From NCBI RefSeq assembly GCF_009914755.1, contig NC_060932.1: a stretch of 64,000 bases of DNA; one strand, 5' to 3'. Below the pieces are notes generated by a model. It saw only the letters and a list, made by a program, of their open reading frames with translations, was not told the origin of the DNA and did not search any database. Positions 14,441 to 28,297 of the stretch are shown here, piece after piece (within the stretch, counting starts at the first letter, position 1; each line of letters begins with the position of its first letter). Origin of the DNA: the human T2T-CHM13v2.0 reference genome, Homo sapiens. The translations under genes were made by a program, and so were the position numbers.

Positions 14441-14750
14441 TTATTCAATCAGCATATATACACCAAGCGCCAACTCTATGTTAAGTAATGTTCTCAGTAC
14501 TAGGTGCACAACAAGAAACTAAACTGAGAAAATGTCTAGCTATATGAAGTTCATTCTAGTGGAGGTAGACAATTAAAAATCATCCTGTGATATGTCATAC
14601 AGTGATACATGCTATGAGGACAACAGAGTAGGGTAAGGGGAAAGGGTGGGAGAACTTATTTGATAAGGGAACATGGGAGCAGAGACATCAATGAAGTCAA
14701 TTATGTGGACGAGGTGGTCATGTGCATATCTGAAGAATGAGCTTAGGTGT
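14441..14750 (-). mobile_element. L2 3' end
   Basis: TTATTCAATCAGCAT..CATTCTAGTGGAG..GTGATACATGCTATGAGGA. Confidence 0.65.
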
Positions 14751-14852
14751 GCTGGCCAGGTGGAATTCGTAACCGATCTATGATATTCTATTACAAGTAA
14801 ATTACAAATGTATTATTGATACAGCTTTGTAGTTCAAAATATCACTGTGCCC

Positions 14853-15166
14853 ATGGTTTCAGTTATGTAGGATAAGTAAGTCTTAGAGATCTACTGTACA
14901 GCACAGTGCCTAGTTAACAACACTGCACTGTATACTTAAAAATTTGTTAAGAGGGCATATTTTATGTTAAGTACTCTTATCACAAAATAATAAAAATTAG
15001 AGCGGGCTGGCTGTAGGAAACTGGGAGGTATGTTTATGGCACAGATTGTGGTGATGGTTTCATAGGCATATTCTGTATATTCTTATCTCCAAACTCATCA
15101 AGTTGTACACATTAAACATGTACTGCTTTTTGTATGTCAATAATAGCTCAAAAAAGTGATTAAAAA
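14853..15166 (+). mobile_element. L1MA/MB 3' end, 5'-truncated
   Basis: GTTTCAGTTATG..AGAGATCTACTGTACAGCA..CAAACTCATCAAGTTGTACACATTAA; residual TSD AAAATA(T/C)CACTGT on both sides. Confidence 0.8.
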
Positions 15167-16505
15167 ATACCACTGTCCTCTTTTCAAGCAGAACACCAAA
15201 TCAGTTGAGATTCCCTCATAAAACCAACAGCTATGATTTCCTAAGGAGCCTTACCTCTCTCTCTGTTGCCAGCACATTTCTGTCAACTCTTGGGTGCTTT
15301 GCTCTCACAGAAGCAGAAGATGGCCAGAAAAAAAACAGTCTGCCTTTGTCTCTAGAAGGGTGGTTACAAACTCTAAAATGTCACACTCTTCTTTCTCTTT
15401 GATTTATTCATTTAACAAATATTTATGAAATATTTGCTCTGGGCATTGAGAATATGGAGGTCAAGAAACCCAATGATCCTTGGTCGTATGCAGCTTTCAT
15501 GGTAATGGATCTACCCAATGATGCTTGTGGGTGGTCCTGACCACCCAGCTGGAAATCTGTTCCTGTTTGTCTACAATTGCACCATCATGATCTGCAGTCC
15601 CAAGCCCTGGCTTTTCACTTGAACTGTTCCTCTTCTATGTGCTTTTTCATAGCATAAATTTTATTATACATTGGTTATCCTATGACACAGGATCAGCAAT
15701 ATTCACTAATATTCTGTTAGTAAACCAGATGGCCTGGTTTGCAAAGACCCCCACCTTCACACTCCACACCCAGGACTTACTACTTTTTTCTTTCACCAAG
15801 TCAGTACTCCTGGGAGAGGTAACATATTAAAACAATTCACACAAAAGCTGCAATGACACATTAAATACACTTTTCTCCTGCAAATGACAAAGGTGGAAGA
15901 GATGGGGGAAGGAGGAAGAAAGACTAAGTAGGCTGACTGGATGGTGAGAGAAGGCAGAGATGATAAAGAAACAAGAACACAATTTTACCCACCTTATTCC
16001 ATAGCTTTCCTAAATTGAAAGTTCTTGATAGAGATTTTATCTTTCCTCTTAATCCTTGTTCTTTCTATAAACTTCATTCTGGACTATGACATTTGTGCTA
16101 TAGAAGTCAATTGGCAAAATGCATATATATGCATATTATAAATTAAATAATTTTGCCTTCAGCTAGCAACATTTAAAGAATGTTACGGGCAGTTCTAGCA
16201 GCCGAAATCCATAAATAATTTTGAATTTTCTGATTTCAGTAATATGGATTTCGATGAAGAATAGGGAACTAAAAGTAGTGTTTGAGGATAAAAGGGAATT
16301 AAAAAAAGCTAACAAAATCATTACAATTACTCAATATTGGTATGGCAAATCCAAACACAGCTGACTGGTTTTTATCCTCAACTTCCTCATGTGTGAAACA
16401 ACACATATCACAGAATCACTATGGGATAGAATTGAACAATGTTGTATCAGTCAGGGTCCTGGCAGGAAACAGATGGCACAATGAGGTACACGAGAATTTC
16501 ATGAA

Positions 16506-17279
<774 letters not shown>

Positions 17280-18124
17280 GTAGGCAGTATTGACTAAGGT
17301 ACAGGAAGATTTAAGGAAAGCAACAAGGGGAGGTGAAGCACCTCTGTGCTAGCAATGGTGGGAGGCAGACAGCCCATCTAGGCCCGAAGAGCAAGGCTCT
17401 GAGAGAGGCGTGGCTGGAGCAGAGGTGCCCTCCGACAGGACCCATGGCCACAGGTAGCAGAATGCAGCCACTGTCAAACCCCAGCCCAATAGAGGTGAAG
17501 TAAGGGGAATAAATATTCCAACTTCTTTCTCCTCCTGCCCATGCTGGTGTTTTCCAATAGGAAGTCAGAGGGCAGGGAAGTGTGGGTGACATGGTCTTAC
17601 CAGGGTCCAAGTAGGGCAAAGACGGGTGCAGAGTGGCTCTAGGTGGGGCAAACAGAATCCCCAGCACAAGTGTTCATAAAGGACCTAGGGCGGGGCTAGG
17701 ACATGGTCAGCTTTCCCACCAAGGCAACCCATTCCACCACCTCAGGGTGTCAGTGGCTATAGGTTTTTGTTGTTTTCCAGCAATTTTATACAATTGTGTA
17801 TTATGTGGCACATAATATAAGACTTGAGCACTAAGCTCCTCTGGGAAATGACTAAGCTTTGAAAGGAATTCAGGGGAAGGCACACTAAGTTTAATGAATA
17901 AGCAAAGACCAGGACCAGGAGGGGCTGGAAGACAAGCCAGGCCACACTGAACGTACATCAGATACCTTCATTATTTCAGAGTTCCCCTAGTCATATAAGG
18001 TTTAAAGGAGTCCAGGCTTCTGCTACTTAGGTGAGAGTGTCCAATAACATAGCGGTTTAGCAAAAAGAAGAAATCCACATCTGGATGCCTCATGTTGCTT
18101 CTGAAAGGACTGAAAGGAAGGACT

Positions 18125-18350
18125 GCAGTTTTATTGAGCCTTTAACCTAATAAGTATTATGCTTTGTGCTAAGCACTTTCACAAATATTCTTTTGTTCCA
18201 GTTTCCCAAATGACCTCTTGAGTTAGGGATTATTGGTCCCTTCTTAGAGAAAAGGAAAATGGAACTCAGGGATGAAAAGTAACTTGCTCAGAGATAATGC
18301 ACGACAGAATTGGGATTTGACCTCTATCCTTTCTATTCTAGGTCCACTTT
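18125..18350 (-). mobile_element. MIR
   Basis: TTTATTGAGC..TGTGCTAAGCACTTT..AAGTAACTTGCTCA..GAATTGGGATTTGA. Confidence 0.65.
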
Positions 18351-18887
18351 TCTCTCGATCACAATATGGTCCAGCATGGCTGGACAAATGATGGCTTTAT
18401 AACTTGAAAGACAGACTGACAAAACTCACTATGATTTTCAATTCCTGCAATCTGATTAATTTCACCAGCGATATATAATTAATATAATCCATTGTTACCC
18501 CACAACAGCGACATATTCACTGTGCAGTACAACATACAGCTAGTGAATCTAAATGAAAGTATGCTTACTTCCATAAGTATGTGAAAGCAGGTCTCTGGAT
18601 TCACAGACATCCAGTTAGTACAGGAATAAAAAAAAAAATAAGACTATCAAATGTGGGTTTATAACCATTATCAATAATGATGAGCCTTACCCCAAACACG
18701 TTTTGTTCTTTGGGACACAGTTAATAAGACATGTATTGTGTACACCCCACCCATTCATTAATTTTACCATTTTTTTTTCAAATGACAAGTTGCATCATCT
18801 GAAGGGCTCAAAGAAAAATGTTTTACAGAGTATGTCTAATGGAAATACTGGACAACTCTCCAAAGAGACTCAGAACCACCATATACA

Positions 18888-19975
18888 ATTTATTTTAATT
18901 TATTATTGCTTTTACTTTTTTGAGGTATGAAAACAGGAAGGTGCACTAATCTTTACAGGTACAGTGCAATAATATTTTGCATATGTATACACCATGCAAT
19001 CACAGCCTCCATCAAGACCTTGGGAAATTCCATCATCCCAGAAGGTTTCCCCTCATGTTTCTTGGCACCCAATCCCCTCCCACCAACCCCCATTTCCAGG
19101 GTAACTGCTATTCTGGTACCTCTCTTAGTTTTTGCCTTCTGTTGAATCTTACAAAAATGGGGTGATACAGCATACAGTCTTCTGTGTCTGGCTCCTTTTG
19201 TTTTGTACAACATCCATATTGTTACACGCACGAGTAATTCATTCTTACTGTGCAGAGACTACACCAAAGTTGGTTTTAGTTTTTTCCTCCCTTCTCCTAT
19301 TGGTGGACACCTGGGTTCTTTCTAGTTTGTAGGTATTTTGAGTAAAGCTGCTGTGACATTCTTGTACAAGTCTTTGTTTGGATACATTTTCATTTCTCTT
19401 GGGTAAATACCTAGGAGCAGAATGCTTAGTCATAAGTTAAGTGTTTAACTGTATAAAAACAAAAACAAAAATCTTGTCAAACAGTTTTCTGAAGAGGTTG
19501 TACCAGTTTACACTTTAGCAAAAATGTGTGAAAGTTCCAGTTGGTTTTGGTCAAACCCTGGTATTGACATTTGTTTCCATATAGACATTCTGGGGAGGAG
19601 GTTGTGGTATCTCTTTCTGTTTTTAATTTGCTTTTCTGTGATAAGTAATGATTATGTGTTTATTGGCCATTTCAATACCCCCCTTTTGTGAAGTGCCTGT
19701 TCAAATCTTTTGACTATTCTTAATTGGGGGGTTTGTCTTTTTTCTCACTGATTTACAGAACTTCTTTATATACTCTGGATATAAGTCTTTGCTGGATTTA
19801 TGTATTGCAAATATCTTCAGCTAGCCTGTGACTTGTCTTTTTATTCTGCCATGTCTTGATGATCAGAGGCTTTTAATTTTAATACATCTACTTTATCATT
19901 TTTCCTTGTGGTTAGCCATTTTTGTGCTTTGTTTCAGGAATTTTTGCCTAATCTGAGGTCATGAAGTTATTCCCT
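18888..19975 (-). mobile_element. L1ME 3' region
   Basis: CCATCATCCCAGAAGGTTTCCCCTC, TTTCTCTTGGGTAAATACCTAGGAG, GAAGTGCCTGTTCAAATCTTTTG, ATTGCAAATATCTTC. Confidence 0.85.
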
Positions 19976-19994
19976 TTGTAAGCAACTTTAAAAA

Positions 19995-20200
19995 TATTCT
20001 AGTAGAAGGAATCTTCAAATGCCAAGAATTTCAGCCTCTAGCCTCCTCCTAAGTTTCCTCTAAACAAACTCAAATAGATAAGCTTCTTCCCCCCTTAAAG
20101 ATCTCTAGAGAAACCACCTTGATAAATTTCTTTCAGTAGCCTGTTCCGGTGCTTTAAAATCCTTCCTATCAGGATGTTTTTTATGTCGACTGGAAATTAC
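19995..20200 (-). mobile_element. Possible CR1/L3 LINE remnant
   Basis: CTTAAAGATCTCTAG..GTAGCCTGTTCCGGTGCTT..CCTTCCTATCAGGA resembles the CR1/L3 3' region in reverse. Confidence 0.4.
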
Positions 20201-21064
20201 AATACTGTTCATGTGATGGATTTATAATGCCTCCAATTTTCACATTAAAAACTAATTTAAAACATTTTTAGCTCGTAATGTCCTTCTGTTCTAAGCCCAG
20301 TTGTTATAATGGCTTCTGTTTTATTGTGTTTCTTATGTTGGCTTTTCCTTTTGTTTAATACACCGAAATGAAGTAGCATGATTTAATTGTTCAAAACAAC
20401 TACACAAATTATTTGTTATTACTAGGATATTGAGATCCTGGTGGACTCTGGAGTGGGGGGTATAAAAAAGGAAAGGAAGCAGCTCTGCTCTCCTGAAACA
20501 TCCTAGAAAATTCAGATTAATATGAGGGAGGAATGTTCCTCTTTACATACCACTTCTCTGCACAGCCCCTGTCTATAGAAAAAGGCAGATAGGAAAGGTC
20601 TTTATTGAGTAAAATTTGTTAAGTTCTTACTATCATAGCATTCAAAAAAATAAGAGTCTGCTATTGTTGATGTAGCAAATCATTATCATATGTTAACATT
20701 TTTCAGCTGTTTAGATATGAGAGTCACGTAACTTTCCTATTTAAGATGCTAATCAATTTTTCTCAATACAAGATAAAAGGGAGGGAACCTATTTATTGAG
20801 ATGTGGTTCCCATATTGTTGGCAATTAGTTTATAATAGTGGGTCATGTCTATCATTTTCCTATACTTCAAACCAGCCACTAGCAGGAATTGAAAGTGAAA
20901 ACTACCAAGTGTTATTCGTGTTGATGAAGGATTGCTTCATTTTTATCATCTTCATCCCTAAGGACAAAGAAAAGAGAATGCAAAATATGGAAATGTGAAT
21001 AAAGTTTTTGTGTTCAGGGATAATAATAAAGCCAGGATAGTCTTTAAAAATGCAAATCTGACCA

Positions 21065-21526
21065 TGTTAGTTAGGATTAGGTTCAGCTAAGAGTAACAAC
21101 AACAACCACCACAAATCCAAAGGTAATTTTCTCTTCTCTTCTCTTTCTCCCTCTCACATCTCAGGAATACCACGTCAATTCCTTTCCATGAAGTCCAAAG
21201 GATCTGATCTCAGGTGTGACCAGCATCTTCAAGGCCCAAGGCCACATCTAAGTTTCTGGATGCAGGAAGAAGCAGGAAATAAAGAAGAAAATGGGCATAC
21301 ACCAGTTTTCTCCTAGAGAAGGCCTCCAGAAATTGCCAAAGAACACTTTCATCTGCATCCTCTTGGCCAGAGTTTATCTGCACGGTTACACAGAGCTGCA
21401 AGTGAGGCTGGGAAATGAAGCCTTTTCTTTGGGTTGCTATGTCCAACTAAAAATTTTATTACAATTAAAGAAGTGGGAAAAAAAAAAAAGAACCCTGATG
21501 GAATGCTGGCAAGCAGCTCTGCTACA
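21065..21526 (-). mobile_element. MLT1J-like LTR
   Basis: TGTTAGTTAGGATTAGGTTCAGCT start; TTGGCCAGA..AGCTGCAAGTGAGGCTGGGAAATG; ends TCTGCTACA. Confidence 0.7.
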
Positions 21527-21564
21527 CCAGTTATATAATTCTACAAAGTAAAACCAAGCACTGT

Positions 21565-22015
21565 CTTCCCATTGCCCCGGGGAAAAATATAAAGCCCTTA
21601 ATGGAATGAACATGACTATACCCAGACTGGTGCCTGTCCACCTGTCCAATGCATCATCTCTGTCATTCTTCCCAGTCTTCCCTGTGCTCCAGTTATACTG
21701 GACTTCTTCAGCTCCTTGAAGAAACTGAGTTCTTTCTCACTTTCCAAATCCTTAGGAAACTTTTTCCATCTTTGCTCTTTCATCTAAGTCATTCTTCCTC
21801 AACTTGAAAGAATCTGCTTAAATGCCACCTCTCTCAGGAGATCTAACATCCTTTAGGTGTTTCTCCTCGCTTTATGCATCTGTGGCTTCGTAAGACTCAT
21901 GTCACAAGTGATTTCTTATTTAATGACTTTCTTACCCATTCAACTAAAGAATTCATGGAGACAGGCACTTCATCTATTTTATTCATCATTGCATTCTTGG
22001 TTATCTAACACAGTA
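21565..22015 (+). mobile_element. L2
   Basis: CTCCAGTTATACTGGAC..CTGCTTAAATGCCACCTC..CATGGAGACAGG..TTTATTCATCATTG..CTAACACAGT. Confidence 0.6.
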
Positions 22016-22950
22016 TTTTTATTTTTAGGTAAAATTTACCTAGAGTAAAACGTATAGATCCTAAGTGTTTTCTCCTATGTAACCAATACCCTAATCAAAT
22101 ATAAAACATCTCCATCCCCCTGAGGAGTTGCCTTATTTCTTCTAATCAATCCCTACCCCTCAGAGTAACTTCTATTTTATTTTCTATCATTATAGAGTGG
22201 CTTTGCTTGTTTTTGTATATCATATAAATGGAATCATGCAGTAAACATGTGCATGTGTCTGGCTTCCTTCACTCAACACAATGTGTATGAGAATCAATCA
22301 TATTGTTGTATATATAACTAATCTTTTCTCTTTAAGCTGTAGAGAAGCCCGTTGTATAAATACACCACAATTTGTTGATCTATTCTCTTATTGATAGATA
22401 TGAATTGTTTACATTTTGGGAGCATTATGAAGAAAGCGGCTGTGAATATTCACGTACAAGTCTTTGTGTGGATGTTTTTATTTCTCTTGAAAATACTTAG
22501 TGGTAGAATCGCTGAGTCACTTGGCAAGTATCTATAAAGTTTGATTTACTGTGTGTTTAAGTTTGAGGAATTGCCAAGTTTTCCAAAGTGGTTGTATCAT
22601 TTTACATTCTCACTCGCAATGTATGAAGTTCTGGTTGCTCCACATCACTGATACTGGTGTTGCCTTTTTTTTTTTTTTTTTAAGTTTTAAGTCATACTAG
22701 TTTGTATCAAGTAGTATTTCATTGTGATTCTGATTTGCATTTTCCTGGGGACTAATGATGTTGAGCACATTTTCATATGCCTATTGGCCATTTCAATACT
22801 TTCGTTTTAGAAGTGTCCATTCGAATCTTTGCCAATCAAAAAAAATTGGGTTGTTTCTACTTTTAAAAAGTTGATTTGTATGACTTATTTATATATGCTG
22901 AATACAAGTTATTTGACAGAAACATGTATTGCACATATTCTTCTTAGGCT
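22016..22950 (-). mobile_element. L1ME/MD 3' region
   Basis: ATATAAATGGAATCATGCAGTA, TGTCTGGCTTCCTTCACTCAACA, TTTTCCAAAGTGGTTGTATCATTTTACATTC, CTAATGATGTTGAGCA. Confidence 0.85.
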
Positions 22951-24020
22951 GTACAAATAAAGTGTTTAACATAAGAACTTAATAAATATTTAAATTAACT
23001 TAGAATGGATAAAAGTTACTCGATATGGTAGGGATGGGGGGATTCATTCATTTGAAGAAGCCATTTCTTTGCTCATGCTATCTCCATTTGCTGCCATGCT
23101 CTCTCTGCTGTTTCACATCTACTCATAGATGACTAATACTTTTTGTATATCTCTTCAGCTATGTCACTTGTATTATTACAGTGGGCCCAGTATATCCCCC
23201 AGTTATTTAAGAAGAGAAACATATTTCTTTCTTACCTAACAAAAGCATGTAAAATGATACTGGACATAAAGAGGGAACTTGAAAAATATTCTGAATTAAC
23301 CTATTCTGGCAAGCTCTTCAGAGCCTAGTATGTTCAAATTACGATATATAAACCATATATGAAAGCTAATATTCTACTGTTTTAAGTACTTATAAAAATT
23401 ACTTCCCTTAATGTATTAAAAGCCAGAAAAAGTGATGTGTGTCAAGCATTATCATACCTTAAAATCTCCAATCAAAGATACTACACCAAAATGCAATTTA
23501 CTGGAGAAGGCATCTCTGCTACATACCCAGTATATCAAGTATTAGCCTACAACAGAGAAAAGAAAAATATGAAACAGAGGACATGAATAACCAGCTGGAT
23601 GGCCTAAAACCAGTGATTTGTTAGAAGTCAATACAATTAATGTTGTACTTGCATGAATATTTATGCTGACACCAAAACAGTTCAGAAAACATTATTTTAA
23701 GCCAAAAATAAAGAACATTTTCTTCCCAGCTGACCATATGAAAAACTTCAGGGTCACCCTTGAATTCTCCCTCTTCTTCATCCACTTATCCAGTTAATTG
23801 CCAAGTGCCATATGTGCTAAATTTCTCCCAAGTCTATTACTCCTACTGCATACTGCCTTATTCAGACCTCATCAGCTCTCACCAGCACAAAACTCTAAAC
23901 ATTCTTTCCTTTCACTGGCCTACTTTTGCTTCTGCTCATTTCTCATGATTCTGTTAAATAAAGCCCAGGTCCTCATAAATTAAAGGAAGCTCATCGTCTG
24001 CCTCTACCTCTCCTTATAGC

Positions 24021-24933
24021 TGTGATAGGCAGAATAACAGTCTCTCAAAAATATCCATGTTCTATCCCTTAAAATCTATGAATGTGTTGCCTTCCAGAGC
24101 AATAAGGACTTTGCAAATGTGATCAAGGTGGAGGGATGATTATCCTGGATTATCTGTGCATGTCCAATGTGATTGTAGCTGGACCAGATCATTCTGGTTC
24201 ATCTCTTACATAACAAAATTGTGAATTGCTTTCAGTTGCCACAGACCCACAAGTTGAAGGTCACATAACCTGAACATGCCCAGATGAACCAGGTGTGCAA
24301 CCTTGGGTGGAACACTCAGACCAAGGAGGAAGGACTGAAATAGGAGGTGGACACCACATGGCAGGATCCAGGATCTAATCAGACTGAACCCTGGCATCAC
24401 CCGATGGCAGGAACCAGTCAGATCATGCCTCACTATCCTATGCCTATAATAAAACCAACCCTAGCCTTCAGCTCAAGGAGAAAGATTTGAGTATTTTCTC
24501 CTGTCTCCTTGCCAACTACTCACAATAAAGCTTTTCTCTTCTCGAAAGCTGGTGCCATGGTATTGTATTAGCCTCTATGTGTATTGGGCAGTGAGCTCAC
24601 TGATTGCCTGGTAACATGAGCACCAGGGTCCTTATAAGAAGGAGACAGGAGCATCAGAGCAGGAGAGATCTGAAGATGCCATGTTGCTGGCTCTGAAGAT
24701 GTGGAAGGGGCCGCAAGCCAAATAACAGAAGTGTCCTTCAGCAGCTGGAAGAGACAAAGCAGTCAATTTTTTCTCCAGAGCCTCTAGAAGGAATGTAGCC
24801 TCCTCAACTCCTTGATTTTAGTCTATAAGACCATTTTGGACTTCTGATGTCTATAACTACAGGATATAAATTTGTGTTTTTATCCACTATGTGTGTGGCA
24901 ATTTGTTAGAGCAGCAACAGGAAAATATATACA
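24021..24933 (+). mobile_element. MLT1D LTR split by an ERV1 LTR
   Basis: TGTGATAGGCAGAATAA start, AATTTGTTAGAGCAGCAACAGGAAAATATATACA end; TSD A(T/C)AGC. Confidence 0.85.
24174..24616 (+). mobile_element. ERV1 solo LTR (MER66-like; family name tentative)
   Basis: TG...CA termini, 4-bp TSD TGA(T/G), repeated ATGGCAGGA(T/A)CCAG, TATAA, AATAAA. Confidence 0.75.
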
Positions 24934-25449
24934 ACAGCTTCACCTGTCTTCACTTTGCAAACACCAGCAGTAGTTATGTGCTAAATGTGTCATGCATTTC
25001 ATGAAATTACATTACATGCTGTTATATGTTTGGAATATAGAGTCCATAAGGGCATTCCCTACTGTCTTCACTGAAATATGTACTAAAAAATATTTGCTGA
25101 ATTAATCAATGAAGGACATCGTGCCTCTGTACATAGCGCTCCCTCAGTCCCAAACACCTTCCTCTTATTCACCTGGTTAATTACTACTTATTACTGATTA
25201 ATCATTAAATGTCTTGATTCTTCCTAGTTTCTCAAGGAGTTAGTCAGTCCTTCTGTTGTGCTTCCCCAACACCCTTCATCTCCTTATCTTTTAATTCTTT
25301 GTGTACTTGTCTATCTATTCTACACATTTGTGAGGACAAAAACCATTTTCTTCCTCTGAGTGCTCAGCATAGTGTCCCACACAAAGCATAGTATAATAAA
25401 AATCTGATGAATGAATGCCTTCCATCTACCCCAAATAATGTCTGGTGAA

Positions 25450-25665
25450 AACAGGGGTTACCCAGTTCTGAATCTGTCACCTGTGTCATCATAAGCAAGT
25501 TTCATAAACTTCCCTAAGCTCACCTTCCCTATCTACAGGCTGGGGATATGAAAGTCTGTATATTATGGAGTACTTACAAGAATCACATGAAAAAGTGCCC
25601 ATAAAGTGCATGACACAAGTGTGTGACATACAGTAAGTTTTCAGGAAAGGTTAGTTGCCATCACT
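25450..25665 (+). mobile_element. MIR
   Basis: GCAAGTTTCATAAACTTC..ATCTACA..TAAAGTGCATGACACA..ACATACAGTAAG. Confidence 0.55.
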
Positions 25666-26149
25666 ATTTTCACTAGTGGAAGGTGTTAAAGAATGTAGGG
25701 TGAGCTTAGGCAGTAACGTATGAAACTGGAAGAGAAGCAATTGTGTCAACTGAAGTCATCAGATTGTCATGGGACATATGCCCCTGTCAAAATAGGACTG
25801 ACTTGAATCTTGGACATTAAGCAAGCCACAGCACATGAGTCTCAGAAGCCCAAATTCCAAAGCTTTGGGGAAGTATGACATCATGGCATTCACTTTCTCT
25901 CCCAGTCTAAAAAACAGTTCCAAATATATTGACCCTGTCAAACATCTCTTTTCTTCCAAGTTCAGCTGAGTGTGATTTTTACATAATCACTTCAGCTAAT
26001 AAATAAATATGTATGTGATGACTAGTTGAAAACTGGCTAACTAATGCATTTTGATACTACAGGAAGATAATTAATCTTCACCTAATTCATGTAGGCTTTT
26101 TTTTTTTTTACCTTATCTCTTTAATTTGTCTAATTTTTGGTTAAGAGAA

Positions 26150-26360
26150 TGGGAACCTTGATCCCGCTGCCTGGATGAACTCCACGGTTACTGACTGATA
26201 CTTCCCAAAGTCACAGTTTCCTCAACTGTAAAATGTGGATAATAATAGCACTTACCCCTTAGGGTTTTAGTAAGGATTAAATGAGATAATATATAGAGAG
26301 AATTTAGGAAAGTGCCTGCCACATTTAGGTGCTCATTAAATGTTGGCTAATGTGTTACTA
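26150..26360 (+). mobile_element. MIR
   Basis: CAGTTTCCTCAACTGTAAAATG..GATAATAATAG..GGATTAAATGAGATAAT..AGTGCCTG..AGGTGCTCATTAAATGTT. Confidence 0.8.
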
Positions 26361-26475
26361 ATATTAATCTTTTTGAAATTATGTTTTGAAATAATACAAT
26401 TTATAATATCAAGGCCATCTACTTGGGGTTTAAGAGTATAGAATTCTGTTTGTAAGAATCACAAGTATTTAAGAC

Positions 26476-28297
26476 CCAAATCAAGATCGCAATCCCACTC
26501 ACAACGGTCATTAAAACAATAAAATACTTAGGAATATAGCTAACCAGGAAGATCAAAGATCTCTATAATAAGAATGACAAAACACTGCTGAAAGAAATCA
26601 GAGACAACACAAACAAATGGAAAAACATTCCATGCTCATGGATAGGAATAATCTATATATTAAAATGGCCATACTGCCCAAGGCAATTTATGGATTCAAT
26701 GATATTCCTATCAAACTACCAATGTCATTTTTCACAGAATTAGAAAAAATATTCTAAACTTCATATGGAACAAAATAATAACCCATAATGGCCTAAGTAG
26801 ATAAAGCAATCCTGAGCAAAAAGAACAAAGCTGAAGGCATCACACTACCTGACTTCAAACTATACTACAAGGCTACAGAAATCAAAATAGCATGGTACTG
26901 GCATAAAAACAGACACAGAGACCAATGGAACATGTTAGCGAACCCAGAAATAAAGCTGCATACCTGCAACCATCTAATCTTCGACAAAGTCAACAATAAC
27001 AAGCAATGGAGAAAGGACTCCCTATTCAATAAATGGTGCTGGGGTAAATGGATAGCCATATACCAAAGATTGAAACTGGAACACTTTCTTTCACCACATA
27101 CAAAAATCAACTCAAGATAGAGTAAAAGCATAAATATAAAACCTCAAACTATAAAAACCCTAGAAGAAAACCTAGAAAACACCATTCTGGACATAGGCCT
27201 TGGCAAAGATTTCATGACAAAGTCTCCAAAAGCAATTGCAACAAAAACAAAAACAGACAAGTGGGACCTAATTAAAGATCTTCTGCACAGCAGAAGAAAC
27301 AATCAACAGAGCAAACAGAAAACCTACAGAATGGGAGAAAATGCTGCAAACTACGCATCTGACAGAAGTGTCATATCCAGAGTTTATAAGGAACTTAAGC
27401 AAATTTACAAGCCAAAAAAAAACCCAAATGACCCCATTAAAAAAATGGGCAGAGGACATGAACACACACTTCTCAAAAGAAGATATACATAGCCAACAAG
27501 CATATGAAAAAATGTTCAACACCACTAATCATTAAAGAAATGTAAATCAAAACAATGAGATACCAACTCACACTAGTCAGAATGGCTATTACTAAAAAGT
27601 CAAAAAATAACAGATGTTGGCGACATTGCAGAGAAAAGGGAACACTTACACACTGCTGGTGGGAATGTAAATTAGTTCAGCCACTGTAGAAAGCAATCTG
27701 GAGATTTCTGAAAGAACTTATAAACAGAACTACCATTGGACCCAGCAATCCCATTGTTGGGTGTGTATCCAAAAGAATATAAATCATTCTACCAAAAATA
27801 CACATGCACCTATATGTGCATCACAGCACTATTCACAATAGCAAAGACAAGGAATCAACCTAGATGCCAATCAACGGTGGACTGGATAAAGAAAATGTGG
27901 TACATACACATCATAGAATACTATGCAGCCATAAAAAATGAAATAATGTTCTTTGCAGTAACATGAATGCAGCTTCAGGTCATTAACCTAAGCGAATTAA
28001 TGCAGGAATAGAAAACCAAATGCCTCATGTTCTCACTTATAAGTGGGAGCTAAACGTTGAGTACACATGGATACAAAGATTGGAATAATAGACACCAGGG
28101 CCGACTTGACAGGGGAGTGTGGGAGGAGGGGGAGGTTACCTATAGGGCACTATGCTCACTACCTGGGTAACAAAGTCATTTGTACACCAAACCCCAGCGA
28201 CACAAAATTTACCAATGTAACATACCTGCACATGTACCCCTGGAATCTAAAATAACTTAAGTTGCGGGGGGGGGTGGGGGGAAAGAAAAAAAAAAAA
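26476..28297 (+). mobile_element. L1PA15/16-like, 5'-truncated (ORF2 C-terminus, 3'UTR, tail)
   Basis: ORF track gives L1 ORF2 peptides ([18 protein letters not shown]; DPAIPLLGVYPK; ALFTIAKT); 3'UTR TGTACACCAAACCCCAGCGACAC; A-tail. Confidence 0.92.
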
